From NCBI RefSeq assembly GCF_009914755.1, contig NC_060929.1: 64,000 bases of DNA. One strand, 5' to 3'. The notes under the pieces were generated by a model. It was not told the DNA's origin and did not search any database. It saw only the letters and a program-made list of their open reading frames with translations. Below are positions 1 through 19,627 of the stretch, piece after piece. The translations under genes and the position numbers were made by a program. Source of the stretch: the human T2T-CHM13v2.0 reference genome, Homo sapiens. Position 1 is the stretch's first letter, and each line of letters opens with the position of its first letter.

Positions 1-1847
1 CTAGCATGAAAAACAAGAGGAAAGTGAAGTAGCCTGCTCAGCTGGGATTAGCAGGGAGTCTGGAGGGGGCTCCCTAATGTGAGGAAAGAGTAGGTGAGTA
101 GCCCCCAGTGGCCCACCTTCCTACCATGGACTCCTGCAATCCTAGCCACTGGAGAGTCCTTTGACCCACGCAAGCCCTGAGAAAAAAGGAAAAACGTTCA
201 CAGGAGTCAAACTTGTTCTCCTCTTCCTCTTCTTCGTAAGTTCTAGAGCTGACAAACACTGCGGTATACTGCAATAAACCATGTTCCAATTCCTATAAAA
301 AATACTAATTATTGTCAGAATTATTTCATGAATCCTGAACACATTTGATGCTCATTGACTTCAAGAAAAGGGACGAGACTGGCTGCTACAAGAAGGCATC
401 TACAAAACATTTGAGAATGCCAGGAGCGCAAAGAATGAATTGCTAGGACATAGGGCACTGGCTGGAGACCCCATGATGGCATTGCTTCATATGGGGAGCT
501 CACACTGGGTCACCCCACCCACCCTCCCTCTTACCCCACTCTTAAGGCACTCCAGCAAGGTACCATTTTGAAAGCCCAGCAGACTGCATCCTACCCTGGG
601 ACCCCACAGACCTTGCAACTCCAGATTCCTTGAGCCCCATTGACCTCCCCCTAACGCAGACCCTGCTGCTTCTGGCTGCTGCCTCCATATCCAATGTGGG
701 GGCCACTGGAAGCTACCCACCATCCCCATCAGCAGGGTACCGTACATTTAGAAGCACCCTGAGAACAGGCTACCCCACCAGCAACTACCACCTGGGGCCA
801 AAGTGTGTGCTCCCAGTGGCCCTCCTAAGGCTTCTGCCAATGAAAGCAACCCCAGCAACATGGCTAGGGTGTAGCTGCTGGTCCTCCCATCCAAGCATTC
901 CACTGAGGGCCTGGAAATCACCACGCCCCTGCCTACCATAGCTAGTGCCTATATATACCATCGGGGGGCCTGAGGCTCACCTCTGTCTCCCTTCTCCCTA
1001 GTGCCCATGCAGGGGCCTGGGGATTGCTCAGCCCCATCTATTCCTGTTGGCACCTGAGCACTCATCCTGAAGGCCTGGAGATGGGTTCACCCAACCTGCC
1101 ACTACCATCACAGCCAGCATACACCCCCCACCCACAGACATGAACCACCTGTGGGCCTGGGAAATGGCCTGCAGCCACCTTGAAAATCAGTTGGGACTAC
1201 TTGGGTACCAGAGGATTGTCCTGCCACTGCAACTGCCATCACCCACACCATGCCTGATGCCCAGGGCCTATGGACCTGCCCATCCACCTGGCCCACAGCT
1301 GCCATTGCCAGCACCTCAGCAAGCTGACTGGAAGCCCCCAGATCAGCCCGCCTGGACACACTAACACTGATGCCAGCATATACCACATTTACCACCAACT
1401 GATTTTCTATAAAGGTGCCAAGTATATACACTGAGGAAAGGACACTCTCTTCACTAAATGGAATAGAAAAAACTGGATATCCATATGCAGAAGAATGAAA
1501 CTGGACCCATCTCTCACCCTGTACAAAAATCAACTCAAATCAGTTAAGGACTTAAACATAAGACCCAAAATTATGAACTACTACAAGAAAACATAGGGAA
1601 AACAATTCAGGACATCAGTCTGACCAAAGATTTTATAGCTAAGATCTCTAGATCACAGGCACCAAAAAGAAAAATAGACAAATGGGACTATATTAAACTA
1701 AAAATTCTTCTACACAAGAAACCAACAGACTGAAGATACAGCTTGTTGAATGGGAGAAAATATTTACAAGCTATTTATCCAACAAGGGACTAGTATCCAG
1801 AATATACAAGGAACTCAAACAACTCAACAGTAAAAGACCACAAATCA

Positions 1848-2159
<312 letters not shown>

Positions 2160-2313
2160 TGGGCAAAGGACATGAATAGATATTTCTCAAAAAAAGACAA
2201 ACGGGCATATTAAAAAATGCTCAACATCAGTAATCATCGGGAAACTGCAAATTAAAATCACAATGAGATAGCATCATACTCCAGTTAAAATGACTATTAC
2301 TAAAAAGACAAAA

Positions 2314-2466
2314 GTCTGATGCCTGTAGTCTCAGCTACGCATGAGGCTGAGGCAGGAGTATTGCTTAAGGCTAGGAGTTCAAGGCTGCAGTGCATCCTGA
2401 TTGCACCTGTGAATCACCACTGTTCTTCAGCCTGGGAAACAGGCAACAGAGCAAGACCCTGTCAAA
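2314..2466 (+). mobile_element. FAM-like fossil Alu monomer (7SL-derived)
   Basis: Monomer retains the 7SL-type segment 'cctgtgaatcaccactg..cagcctggg' that dimeric Alu arms lack; followed by a purine-rich tail. Confidence 0.7.
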
Positions 2467-3649
2467 GAAGGAGAAGGAGAAGATGAAGACGAAATATAGA
2501 TGATGGTGAGGATGCAGAAAAAAGGGAATTCTTGTTGGTGGGAGTTGGTGGGAATGTAAACTAGTACAGCCATTTTGGAAAACAGTATGGAGATTTCTCA
2601 AAAAACTAAAAACAGCTACCATACAGTCCAGTAATCTAACTAGTATTTATCCAAAGGAAAGGAAATTAATATATCAAAGGAATACATGCAGCCCATGTTT
2701 ATTGCAGCACCATTCACAATTGCAAAGATAAGGAATCAACGTAAGTATCCATCATGGATGAATGGTTAAAGAATATATATATATACACAATGGAATACTA
2801 TTCAGCCATAAACAAGACTAACATGATGGCATTTACAGCAACTTGGATAGAACTGAAGGGTCATTATCTTAAGTGACATAAGCCAGTCACAGAAAGAAGA
2901 ATATCACATGTTCTCACTCATATGTAAGAGCTAAAAAAGTGGATCTTATGGAAGTAGAGAATAGAATGATAGACACCAGAGGATTGGAAGGGTGTGTGGG
3001 TGGTGGGGGGTGAATGAAGTAGAGGTTGGTTAATGGGTACAAACACACAGAAGGAAAAAATTCTAATATGCAATAACAGAGTAGGGCGACTATAGTATAG
3101 TATTATATGTTTCAAACTTACTATAAAAGAGGACTAAAGATGTTCTCAACATATAGGTATAATCAATAATGGAGGTGATGAATAGCCCAAATAGCCTGAC
3201 TTGATCATTACATGTTCTGTGCATGTAACAAAATACTACATGTATCCCATAAATATGTACAAATATGTCTCCAAAAAATCAAATTTTTGTACTGAGTAAT
3301 ACAGGGATGGTAAATACATTTTGAAAGGTAATTTGGGCAAGTTATTAATACCTCAGCCTAGGAATTTTGAAAAATGTATTCTAAATACATGAAAGAATAG
3401 AGAAGTCTGGAATAACTTAGATTCGTAGTGTCATACCAGAAAACTTGGGAGCATTCAAAGACAAATGAATGTAATAAGAATAATAGAATGAAAACAAACA
3501 GGTATTATTTTCAATGTCTTTTAAAGTGGCCTTAAAAAAACCCAAATGCCATTGCTGGTGAGAGAAGTGAAGAGAGAATGAAAAAAAAAAGATAATTCTT
3601 AGCAAGTAAATTGAAGTTTTAAATAAATAACAATGTAGAGCTGTTTGAG

Positions 3650-10494
<6,845 letters not shown>

Positions 10495-10929
10495 TGAGGG
10501 GACTACAGTCAGTGCAAAAATTTTGAAAAAAAAATATGGAAAGTATTTTGTCCTACATGTTAGGCACTGAAATTACAGTTACTAAATGAGAGGGAAATTT
10601 GAGATTTAAAAAAAAAGAAAGTAAAGGAAATCCCCTAAATAATGCCTTGCAAACTGATAGCTGACATAGAATAAAAAACTGAAGCAACAATCAAGTTAAA
10701 TATTCTCTTCCCCAAGGGACACAGGGCACTTTAGAGACAAACTGGCTATGTTCCCATATCAGCCTTGACATTTTTACTGGACAACCTTATCCTTCCAGCC
10801 TCTTTTGACCTCTCTGTTAAATGAAGGGAATATTGGGTTGATGTAGAGTTGAAATGAGATAGCAAAAGGTGTGATGCAGTCTTAGTGATCATTCTTCCCC
10901 TGGATTCCTTCCTCTTCCATTCCCCATTT

Positions 10930-11247
10930 CTTTTTTTTTTTTCCTTTTTTATTTTTTTATTATCTGAGGCAGAGTCTTGCTCTGTAGTCCAGACTGGAGC
11001 ACAGAAGCATGTTCACAGCTCACTGTAGCCTCAACCTCCTGGGCTCAAGTGATTCTCCCACCTCATCCTCCCGAGTAGCTGGGACTACAGGTGCACACCA
11101 TCATGCTTAGCTAATTTTTGTATTTTTTGTAGATGTGGGGTCTTGCCATGTTGCCCAGGCTGGTTTCAAATGCCTGGGCTCAAGCAATTCACCCACCTCG
11201 GCCTCCCAAAGTGCTGCTATTACAGGTGTGAGCCACTGTACTTGGCC
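10930..11247 (-). mobile_element. AluJ
   Basis: Diverged dimer with J-type 'ggggtcttgccatgttgcccaggctgg' and 'cctgggctcaag'. Confidence 0.9.
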
Positions 11248-13051
11248 CCTCCCCCATTCCTTTCCAACCAAACTGAAACCTCCTCAAAAGGAAGAATCAA
11301 GTCCTACTCTTTTGAGGTACCTGGCACAGTGGTCAGTAGGATAGGCAGTTATGGCTTAGTTGATTTTGAATTTGCCATTCTCTCTGCATGCCTCAAGTTC
11401 CTACCCTACTCCCAGGTGAATTATCTGAATAATTTTTTTCTAACCTTCTCACCTTGCTTATTAAAAGAACAAAAACAATCAATAGCAGAACTGCCAGGAA
11501 AGAAATCCATGATATTATTTTCTTTGAACAAGAGGGCAGTTGTGATTGGTGTAGCAATTTGGGTAGTTTGATACAGAGGGGTGGAATTATGCGGTGGAAA
11601 CTGTGAAGGTGAGTGCCTCCTGGTAATGGCTCTTTTCTTGCCTTTTATACACACATGGGCCCCAGGATGATTAAGGGTGATGGTAAACTCCGCCTCTACT
11701 CATGTGTCTCTGTCTGTTTCTAGCCAGTGAGTAGAATTGCAAAATTTATTCTCTTTTTCTTTTACCCACATCTTTTTAGGATGTTTGCTGGGAATAAGGG
11801 AGTAGAAAAATAAGGCAAAACCCTGTGCCCACAAAATAGAGCAAAGCAAACTGTCCCCCAAAGCAAGCGAGTTTCCCATGGAGTGGCCAGTAGAAGAGCC
11901 TCCCATATCCTAAGGTTCTGGGGTACATCTGATTATTTTCCTGCTTTTCCAGTGAGACACTGTACATCACTGCTGTTCACCTGAGAACTATTCTCATGAT
12001 TCAGCAGAGGATCAAAACAAGGAAAAGGAAATATATTAGTCTGAAAATTCTACAATAGGTAATTGCACAAGAATGAGTGGCTTACATATCTATGCAGCAC
12101 TAGGCTAGGCACAATTCAAGACACAAGGAAGTCTTAAGATACGTATCTAACCCCCAAGAAGTTTATAGTCCAGTTTTTAGTTTCCAGCCAAGCCTTCCAT
12201 GAAGTATTCCCAAGTGTAGATATTGCCTTTGTCTATTAATATATATAAGATGACACATAATATTGTCAATCTACTTTGAGAAAAAAAAAGTTGTCAAAAG
12301 CCCAGAAATCACTTTGTGTCTGTTTTCTCCTCTCTTGGCAGTCTGAAATACCAGTGTTGAGTGATCTACTTACCCACTGCTCCGTCATACCACTCTAAAA
12401 CAATCAATGGCTCCCTATTATGTTACTCATTAGGTCTCCCTTTTGAATCAATTTTTATTTCCCTTTAGAAACCATTTTTGAATCATGGATGACAGGTAAA
12501 TTGGCAGGGGTGGGGGTTGGTGAGAGACTTAGGTTCCTCTAGTTGTCTCTGGTGTTGACTTTGTTCTAAATCCATGCTTCGTATGCTTTTAAAAATAGTT
12601 TACTTGGCAACATTTGCATGTGTGTGCAAGCACACAAGTGCACCCATGCATGCATGTAAATGAAGCAATTTCAGAAAATGAAACTTATGTGCAGCACACA
12701 GTGATATTCTCTATTCTATTTTAATTCACGGTTAGTGCTCATGGCAACCATCTTTTGACTTTATTATCTACTCTGGGTCACAAGCTTAGTGTTTGAAAAA
12801 TTTTATCTAAAGTTTACACTGAGTTTACATTTATAAATTCATTTGCTCTAATACTGTGAAGAATGTAGAGAAGATTCCAATATTATAATTCCCCTATTTA
12901 AAATGAAAGAAAGTAGAGATGAATTAACATGCCTAAGGTCACCCAGCTAATTTGGGGTCAAATTTCCAACATTTCCACTGTGCCAGGTACCTTTCTCCCC
13001 CACTCCCAGCCCAGACTCACCAGCACATTGTTGGAACAAAGAGTGGGTGTA

Positions 13052-13460
13052 TGATATAGTTTGGATATTTGTATTCTCCAAGTCTCATGTTGAAATTGAT
13101 CCCCCAATATTCAAGGTGGGGCCTATTGGGAAGTGTTTGGGTCACGATCCTTCATGATCCACTTGGTGCTGTCCTTGCAGTAATGTATAAGTTTTCACTC
13201 TATTCATGAAGGAGCTGGTTGTTTAACAGCATGGCACCTCCTCCCTGCCTACTTGCCACCTCCTCCCACTATGTGATACGCCAGCTCCCCTTGTTTCTGC
13301 CATGAGTTAAAGCTTCCTGAGGCCTCACCAGAAGCCAGGCAGCTGTAGAGCCGTGCATGCTTCCTGTACAGCCTGAAGAACTCTGAGCCAAATAAACCTC
13401 CTTTCTTTATAAATTACCCAGCATCAGGTATTCCTTTATAACGATACAAATGGACTAACA
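13052..13460 (+). mobile_element. MST-family (ERVL-MaLR) solo LTR
   Basis: TG...CA termini ('tgatatagtttggat' to 'tggactaaca'), typical 'aataaacctc..ttataaattacccag'; 5-bp TSD gtgta/gtata. Confidence 0.88.
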
Positions 13461-14479
13461 GTATATTAGTTAGGATTGTTTCAGGGGCAAATAATAGCAG
13501 GTTCAACTAAAATGGCTTAAATAATAACTAGTTATTATCTTAATAAGTTTCAAAGTAGGGCTGATTAGTTCAGCAGCTCAAACACATCTTCAAAGACTCA
13601 TGTGCTATCTAACTTCTGCTTTGCCATTTTCAGTATGTTGTCTGTGTATTCAGATAGTTCCTTTCGTGGCCTCAAGATAATAGCCTAACCATGACATCTT
13701 TGAAAATAATTTCCAAAGCCCCGAAGAGAAAATGTTCTGTTCTCTCTTTTCTTTGTAAGAGTTGGGGATATTTTCCCAGAAGTCAACCTGTGTCTCACTG
13801 TCTACTATTGCAGCACGGCAAGCCTGTCCTAACCTAATCACTGGCAAGGGTAGAGGAATTACCATAAAAGGCTCAGAATTAGCCTACAGAACTGAGGAGA
13901 GGCTGGATCTCCCTGGAAGACTTGACTTCACACGACCTGAACAAAATCCCACTTATGTATGCCAGGAATAAAGTGGGGGTGGAGGGTTGGTAATAATTAA
14001 GTAGGCAACCAAGTGTGTCTTTAATAACGAGTATGGATAAAAATTCCCAGACAGTGAAGTGTCTGTCTCTTACCCTTCCCGTACCCTTTGTTTCTAGGGA
14101 GAATGCCTGATTCCTTCAACTTGTATTCCTGTTCCATATTCTTTTCAGCTGCCTTTGGCCCCTTAACTGTCTCGACTCCTGCTTACTTAATGTCTAATCT
14201 ATTCTAGGCCAATTCATGCCCTTCCCACCCATTCTTCACCATCAACCTCATTCATTCAGGCAATTACTTACCCACTTGTCTTTCTCTTTTCCTGTTAAAC
14301 GAATACTTGCTATATGGCAGACACTGAACTAAGCCCTGGAAAAACAATGATGCATAAGGCACAGTCCCTACCTCTAATAGCCAAAGGTTGATTTTAAATA
14401 CTTAGTGCACTCCAATATATATACAGAAATTTGACATCTGCTTTTCTGAATGTACAGGGTGCTCAGCATCCCTGGAAAC

Positions 14480-15000
14480 AGTCTGAGGGAGGGATCAGAG
14501 TGACAGACTTTATTTGGGAAGTACATGCCTTTGGGTAGTAGGGGTGAAGAAAAAAAGGTCAAGGCAAAATGAAGCAAGTAAGAACAAAGAAATAAAGGAA
14601 AGTAGGGAAAACATTTCTCTGCTGGCTACTGACTCACAAGGAGCAGCCAAGAGACACTGCAGGTCACTTGGTAGGGCGCTCTTGCTGACATGGAACTGCA
14701 GGATCATCCTGATGGGCTTCAAGGGGGAGGCTATGCCTCAGAATAGTCTTGGGAGAGAAGAAATTAATTTACTGGCTCCTTCCCATTTCTAGTTTCCCAG
14801 TAATCAAAGTTAACCCCATGGAGAGTTACCACCACTGAATTTCGGGGTTGTGTTATTTGGCCCTTTGGTGGCCCCTTGTGATGGTAGATCCCAAGCCATC
14901 TTGGGGTGGGATGTGTGGTTTCACCCAGTTATGAAAGCAGAGGGCCACTCAGCTGTGTGATTAGCAGAGTGAACCTGAATGCGGCACTTGAAGACTGAAA
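14480..15000. mobile_element. Probable ancient ERVL-class LTR remnant (LTR41/LTR16/LTR33-like)
   Basis: Recalled motifs 'actttatttggga' and 'tcaaagttaaccccatggagagtta'; highly diverged, boundaries approximate. Confidence 0.35.
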
Positions 15001-15399
15001 AGGTGTTTGATTTCTGTTCATTACATTAATGGTCTTGCAGGGATAATGTGGACGTAATTTCCTTCTGGTTCTTCTCTCTTTTTGCAACATTTAAATCTTT
15101 AACCCATGCCTGCTTGTGATGCCATGATGCCTGATGGCGACTCCTAATCCCAGGTTTCCTCTGCTGAAGGGAGCTAATAGCTGGCTTCACTATTCCTTTC
15201 TTGCTTGATAGACATTGGCCAAACATGGGATCCTACTGTTCCTCAGACTGCCTGTGGCCCTCACTAGGTCATCTGTTGTAACTCCTGTAGCAACAAGTAT
15301 CCCTTTGATTAAATGAAATACATTAGAAAGGTGGTTGAGATTATTAACTTGCTTCTTAAAAAAAACAGAAATAGAAAAACACCTCCATGATGTCTTGAA

Positions 15400-15575
15400 C
15401 AGTGTTTCTCAAACTTTATGGAGCATACTTATCACCTGGAGTCCTTGTTAAAACACAGGTTCTAGGGTCCACCCCTAGAGAGTCTTTTCCTGGAGCCTTG
15501 GTCTGGGGCTAGATTATAATCTAACAAGATCCTAGTTGACGTTAATGTCAGCTCAAGGACCACATTTTGAGAAGA
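15400..15575. mobile_element. MER5A-like hAT-Charlie MITE
   Basis: Ends 'cagtgtttctcaaact' and 'ggaccacattttgagaa'; internal 'atcacctggag..cttgttaaaa'. Confidence 0.75.
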
Positions 15576-15679
15576 GTTGGTGTTAGAGGGGAAAGAATAG
15601 TCAAATGTTAATATCCGGACTTAATTCCTTACTAGCAGGCAAAAAGGAATACATTGATGTTTAAAAATTGCACTATCTA

Positions 15680-15972
15680 GGCCAGGCGTGGTGGCTCACG
15701 CCTGTAATCCTAGCACTTTGGTAGGCCAAGGTGGGCGGATCACCTGAGGTCAGGATTCGAGACCAGCCTGGCCAACATAGCGAAACCCCATCTCTACTAA
15801 AAAATTACAAAAATTAGCTGGACGTGGTGATGCATGCCTGTAATCCCAGCTACTCAGGAGGCTGAGGCAGGAGAATCACTTGAACTCAGGAGGCAGAGAT
15901 TGCAGTGAGCCAACATTGCGCCACTGTATTTCAGCCTAGGTGACAGAGTGAGACTGTCTAAAAAAATAAAAA
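15680..15972 (+). mobile_element. AluSx-like
   Basis: Full dimer; TSD aaaaattgcactatcta / aaaaatctcacaatcta. Confidence 0.95.
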
Positions 15973-18207
15973 TTAAAAATCTCACAATCTAGTGAGAGAA
16001 AGAATTTTTTTAAAAAATACAACATATTAGGGGAAATATTTATTATAGGGTTGTGTATAAAATACTAATGGGAAAGGCTTTCCAGACAAAGGTGTATTTA
16101 AACTGGATCAAGAGGGATGAGCTGTTTTCCAGGCAGAGAGATGTAAAGGCAAGGTGTAAAGGCAGCATTTAGCTGAGGCACAGGGATATCTATGTGGGGT
16201 TGATGGGAGGAGTTGGGGATGATTTAGTTTGATTAGATCCTTAAGGGCCTTATGTGTTACGTTAAGCACCAGGAACCTGGTCCTGTGGGGAACAGAAGAT
16301 ATCATCACTGTCCTTGGATGCTGTAGTACAAAGGGTCCAACTTCCTTCACTTTCTCCCAGTTTTCCTCAATTGTTTTCTCTCACCTTTGCTTGTTTTCAA
16401 CTTTTCCAGTCCATTTATTAGATATTTTAATCGCTGATCTCAGCAATTATTTTTAGAATATAAGTTTTCAAAGATATTCTATGACTACTGCATAATTCCA
16501 TGTGATACCAGACACGGCTTCAAAAAGCACAGGGGGTTGGGGTCAGGGGCTGCTTCCCAAGAGTCTTCTATGGTGGACAGTTCCCTGGACTGCAGCAGCT
16601 GTCCTGAGCTTTGTTCTCCACCCATGAACCACTGACTTCTGCTGGGTAGAGACGGGTGTCACCACCCAGCCTCCGCTTGACCCACTGTGGCAGGGTGCAG
16701 TTGCCTGGCGTTCTCTGCCACTCTCTTCCCAGATGCTGTAACTGAATAGCAGGAAACAGAAACCATCAGTGTTAGAGAGAAAATGAGCAAAGTGTGAAGA
16801 AGCTGCAAGGTGAGAGACGGCTTGGTTCTCTAACTGATGCAGCCTGGTGGTAAAACAGTGCCTTGCATGGATGGGTGCTGAGCAAGTGTTTGCCACTATA
16901 CATTTGGTCGGCTTTTTGGTTCAAAAACAAGGAGCGAAGGAAAAGCAATTCTCAGGTGATAGAACCTTTCAGAAAATATGTTTGCATGATTCAGGTCCTG
17001 AAACCATGTCTGTTGGCTTGGGATTTGTAAGCAGCTGGCAAACACCCTGCTAAAACAGCCATGATGGTTGAAGGGGCTCCAGCCTAAGCCGGATGCTGCC
17101 CGTGCTCCATTCCTTTCATTGAGGCATACATCCTGCAAGAAGTTCAGCTAAGATCTGTCTTGCCTCATGTTGTGAGTCTCTGCCGGGCAGAGGCACGCTC
17201 CCATCTCTGCTCTTATCTCTGCTCCTTACTTTCTTGACAGCTTCTTTCATTTTCTATAATTTTTTAGGGGGTCAGGGGCTCTTTAACTCCAAGTTCCCCA
17301 GTCAATCTGGAGAATTCTGACCATATAGCAAGGCTATGCAGACATAGGGTGAGTTAACAAATGCATATGATGTAATATCTGTCACCTAGCTTTGGACCAT
17401 AAAAATTACTGAAATCTGTAATGAAGGATGGTCAAAGGAAATCAAAGGCAATGCAACAGTCAATTTTGGTCCTCAACAGAAATAGGATGTAGAGATAGCA
17501 TTAGGACTTCTGTCAAATCTGTAGTTTGCAAATCATTAATCTCAGTATTTAGCCTGTGAATAATCTTAGCCAAGTCAATTAACCTTCTTGGGCCTCACTT
17601 TTCATAGCTGCAAAATAGAGGGAATCATAATGCCAATTGTGGACCATAGCAGGGTCCTGGAATGGCAGGGTGGGGGCTTGCAGCAGGGAGCAAATATGAC
17701 TCTCACTTTATAAAATTTTCAAGTGCTATATCTTGTCATTGAAACAGCTAAGCGAGAGCTGGGAATAGACATTCAGGGATAGCACTGGAACACAGAGACT
17801 TCAGGAAAAAATGCCTCTTTCCCTGTGTTCCCACATAGGAAGTATGGGAGTTCCTGATGACTTCCTCTTGGAGACAACTTCCTCAACTTCCCACATCTCA
17901 AAATGTTCAGTGAACATTGTTGGATCTAGATGTTGCCAACCATGTGTGGAAGGTTAATGGACTATTATTTAATGTATGCTCTTCCAATATCTTTTTTCGT
18001 CTCCATATTTCAAATAATAGCCAGGGTTTTTGCAGAGTGGAGAGCAGAAGCAAATGGAAGTCACAACTACCTCTAGTCTGTTTCGTTTTTGTTTTTAAGC
18101 CTGATCTCATTGGAGAGCAAAAGAAGGAAGGAGAGAGAAGAAGGAGAATATGTTGAGAATTAGGAAAAGAAGAGAACTGCTTTTTTTTGTAGTAATTTCA
18201 GTAGGTA

Positions 18208-18552
18208 TGTCTTAGTCTCCTTAGACTTCTATAAGAAAATACCATAAAGTGGGTGGCTTATAAACAACACACTTACTTCTCACAGTCTAGAGGCTGGGAA
18301 GTCCAACATCAAGGTTCTGGCAGATTTGGTGCCTGGTGAGGACCTGCTTTCATTTTCACAGATGGCACCTTCTATCTGAGTCCTCACATGGTGGCCAGGT
18401 TGAACAAGGTCCCTTGGGCCTCTTTTATAAGGGCGCTGATCCCATTCATGAGGACTCTGCCTTCATAACCTAATTATCTCCCAAAGGGCCCCCATCTCCT
18501 AATAGCATCACCTAGGGGTTAGCATTTCAACACAGACATTCAGACCACAGCA
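18208..18552 (-). mobile_element. MLT1A-like (ERVL-MaLR) solo LTR
   Basis: 'tgtcttagtc..gggtggcttataaacaac..gaggctgggaagtcca..cattcagaccacagca'; 5-bp TSD aggta/aggtg. Confidence 0.85.
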
Positions 18553-19573
18553 AGGTGTAATAAAACACCAGAAGGATAGGCTCTTTTGATGCACACACTG
18601 TGTGGAAGCAGGGCCCCAAACCAGCATATATTCCTGGTACACCACATGTGACCAGGAAGCTAATAGCTGAGGGACTGTAAGGAACCTCTGCTGGAACAAC
18701 ACAGAGGCCTGATACTCAGATTATATTGGAGATAAGATAAATTTTATGTTGGGAGAGAGAGGAGCTGTGGCAGTAATGAGAGATGGGAATTTCCAATAGT
18801 GTGATTGGCTGGAGCCCCGAGTCCAGATTAATTGATTTAAAGGAAATAAAGTAGTATTTCCTATGTGTACAAATTCAAGATTTATACCCATAGCACTGAG
18901 TTTGACCTAGAGTATTTGGAGCTCTCGGAGTAGCTGGGTGGGATGCAGGACCCAAATCAGAAGGATGGGAAAGCCCTGGTATGATTCCCCTGACACAAGG
19001 TTGTTTTCCCCTTGGTAGACAGGTGGTACTCTCTAGCAACAGGGAATGTTTTTGGTTTTGGTTTGTTTTTTGGTGGAATGTTGCTGTTGTGGGTCCAAAG
19101 CCGTGTGCCTGAGGAAAGGTTTCCAGGTCAGAGATTTTAATGTGAGTTCAGGCCCACCACCACCCAAATTAGCCTAAATCAGCAAGCGTGGCAAGTCAGG
19201 AAAAGAAGGGAGTTGCTTCCTTAGTTCCATAGTGTCACTTTGGGGTCATGGCTTTGGGGAAGGGAGCTTGAGTTTAAAACAGTTATTCCCAGGAAGGCAC
19301 AAATTTGGCACCTGTTGGCTGTCAGGACTGTTGTGGCAGGAGAAATGGTGGAGAGGCTAAGCATAGATGCTCTGTTTAATTACCCTTATTCTGCTGGCAT
19401 GGTCTGGGGATGATCTGGGGATTAAATTTGTGCTGATTTCTTTACTCTCATTATCATGACAAATGGATTGTCATTTAGAAAAAAGTAGAATTTGTGAGGA
19501 ATAAGCAAACAGAGTTTTTAGTTAGCAAAGAGATAGGAAACTCTAAACTCTTTATCCAGGATCTTAGTAAGCT

Positions 19574-19627
19574 CAAAAACAAAAAACAAACAAAGTTTTT
19601 ATGGTATCAAGTTAAAAACTCTTTAAT
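19574..19627 (-). terminator. PDE4D: Candidate distal poly(A) site of PDE4D
   Basis: ATTAAA on the minus strand (19622-19627), a CA about 20 nt downstream (~19602) and a strong U/GU-rich downstream element TTTGTTTGTTTTTTGTTTTTG (19574-19594). Confidence 0.65.
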
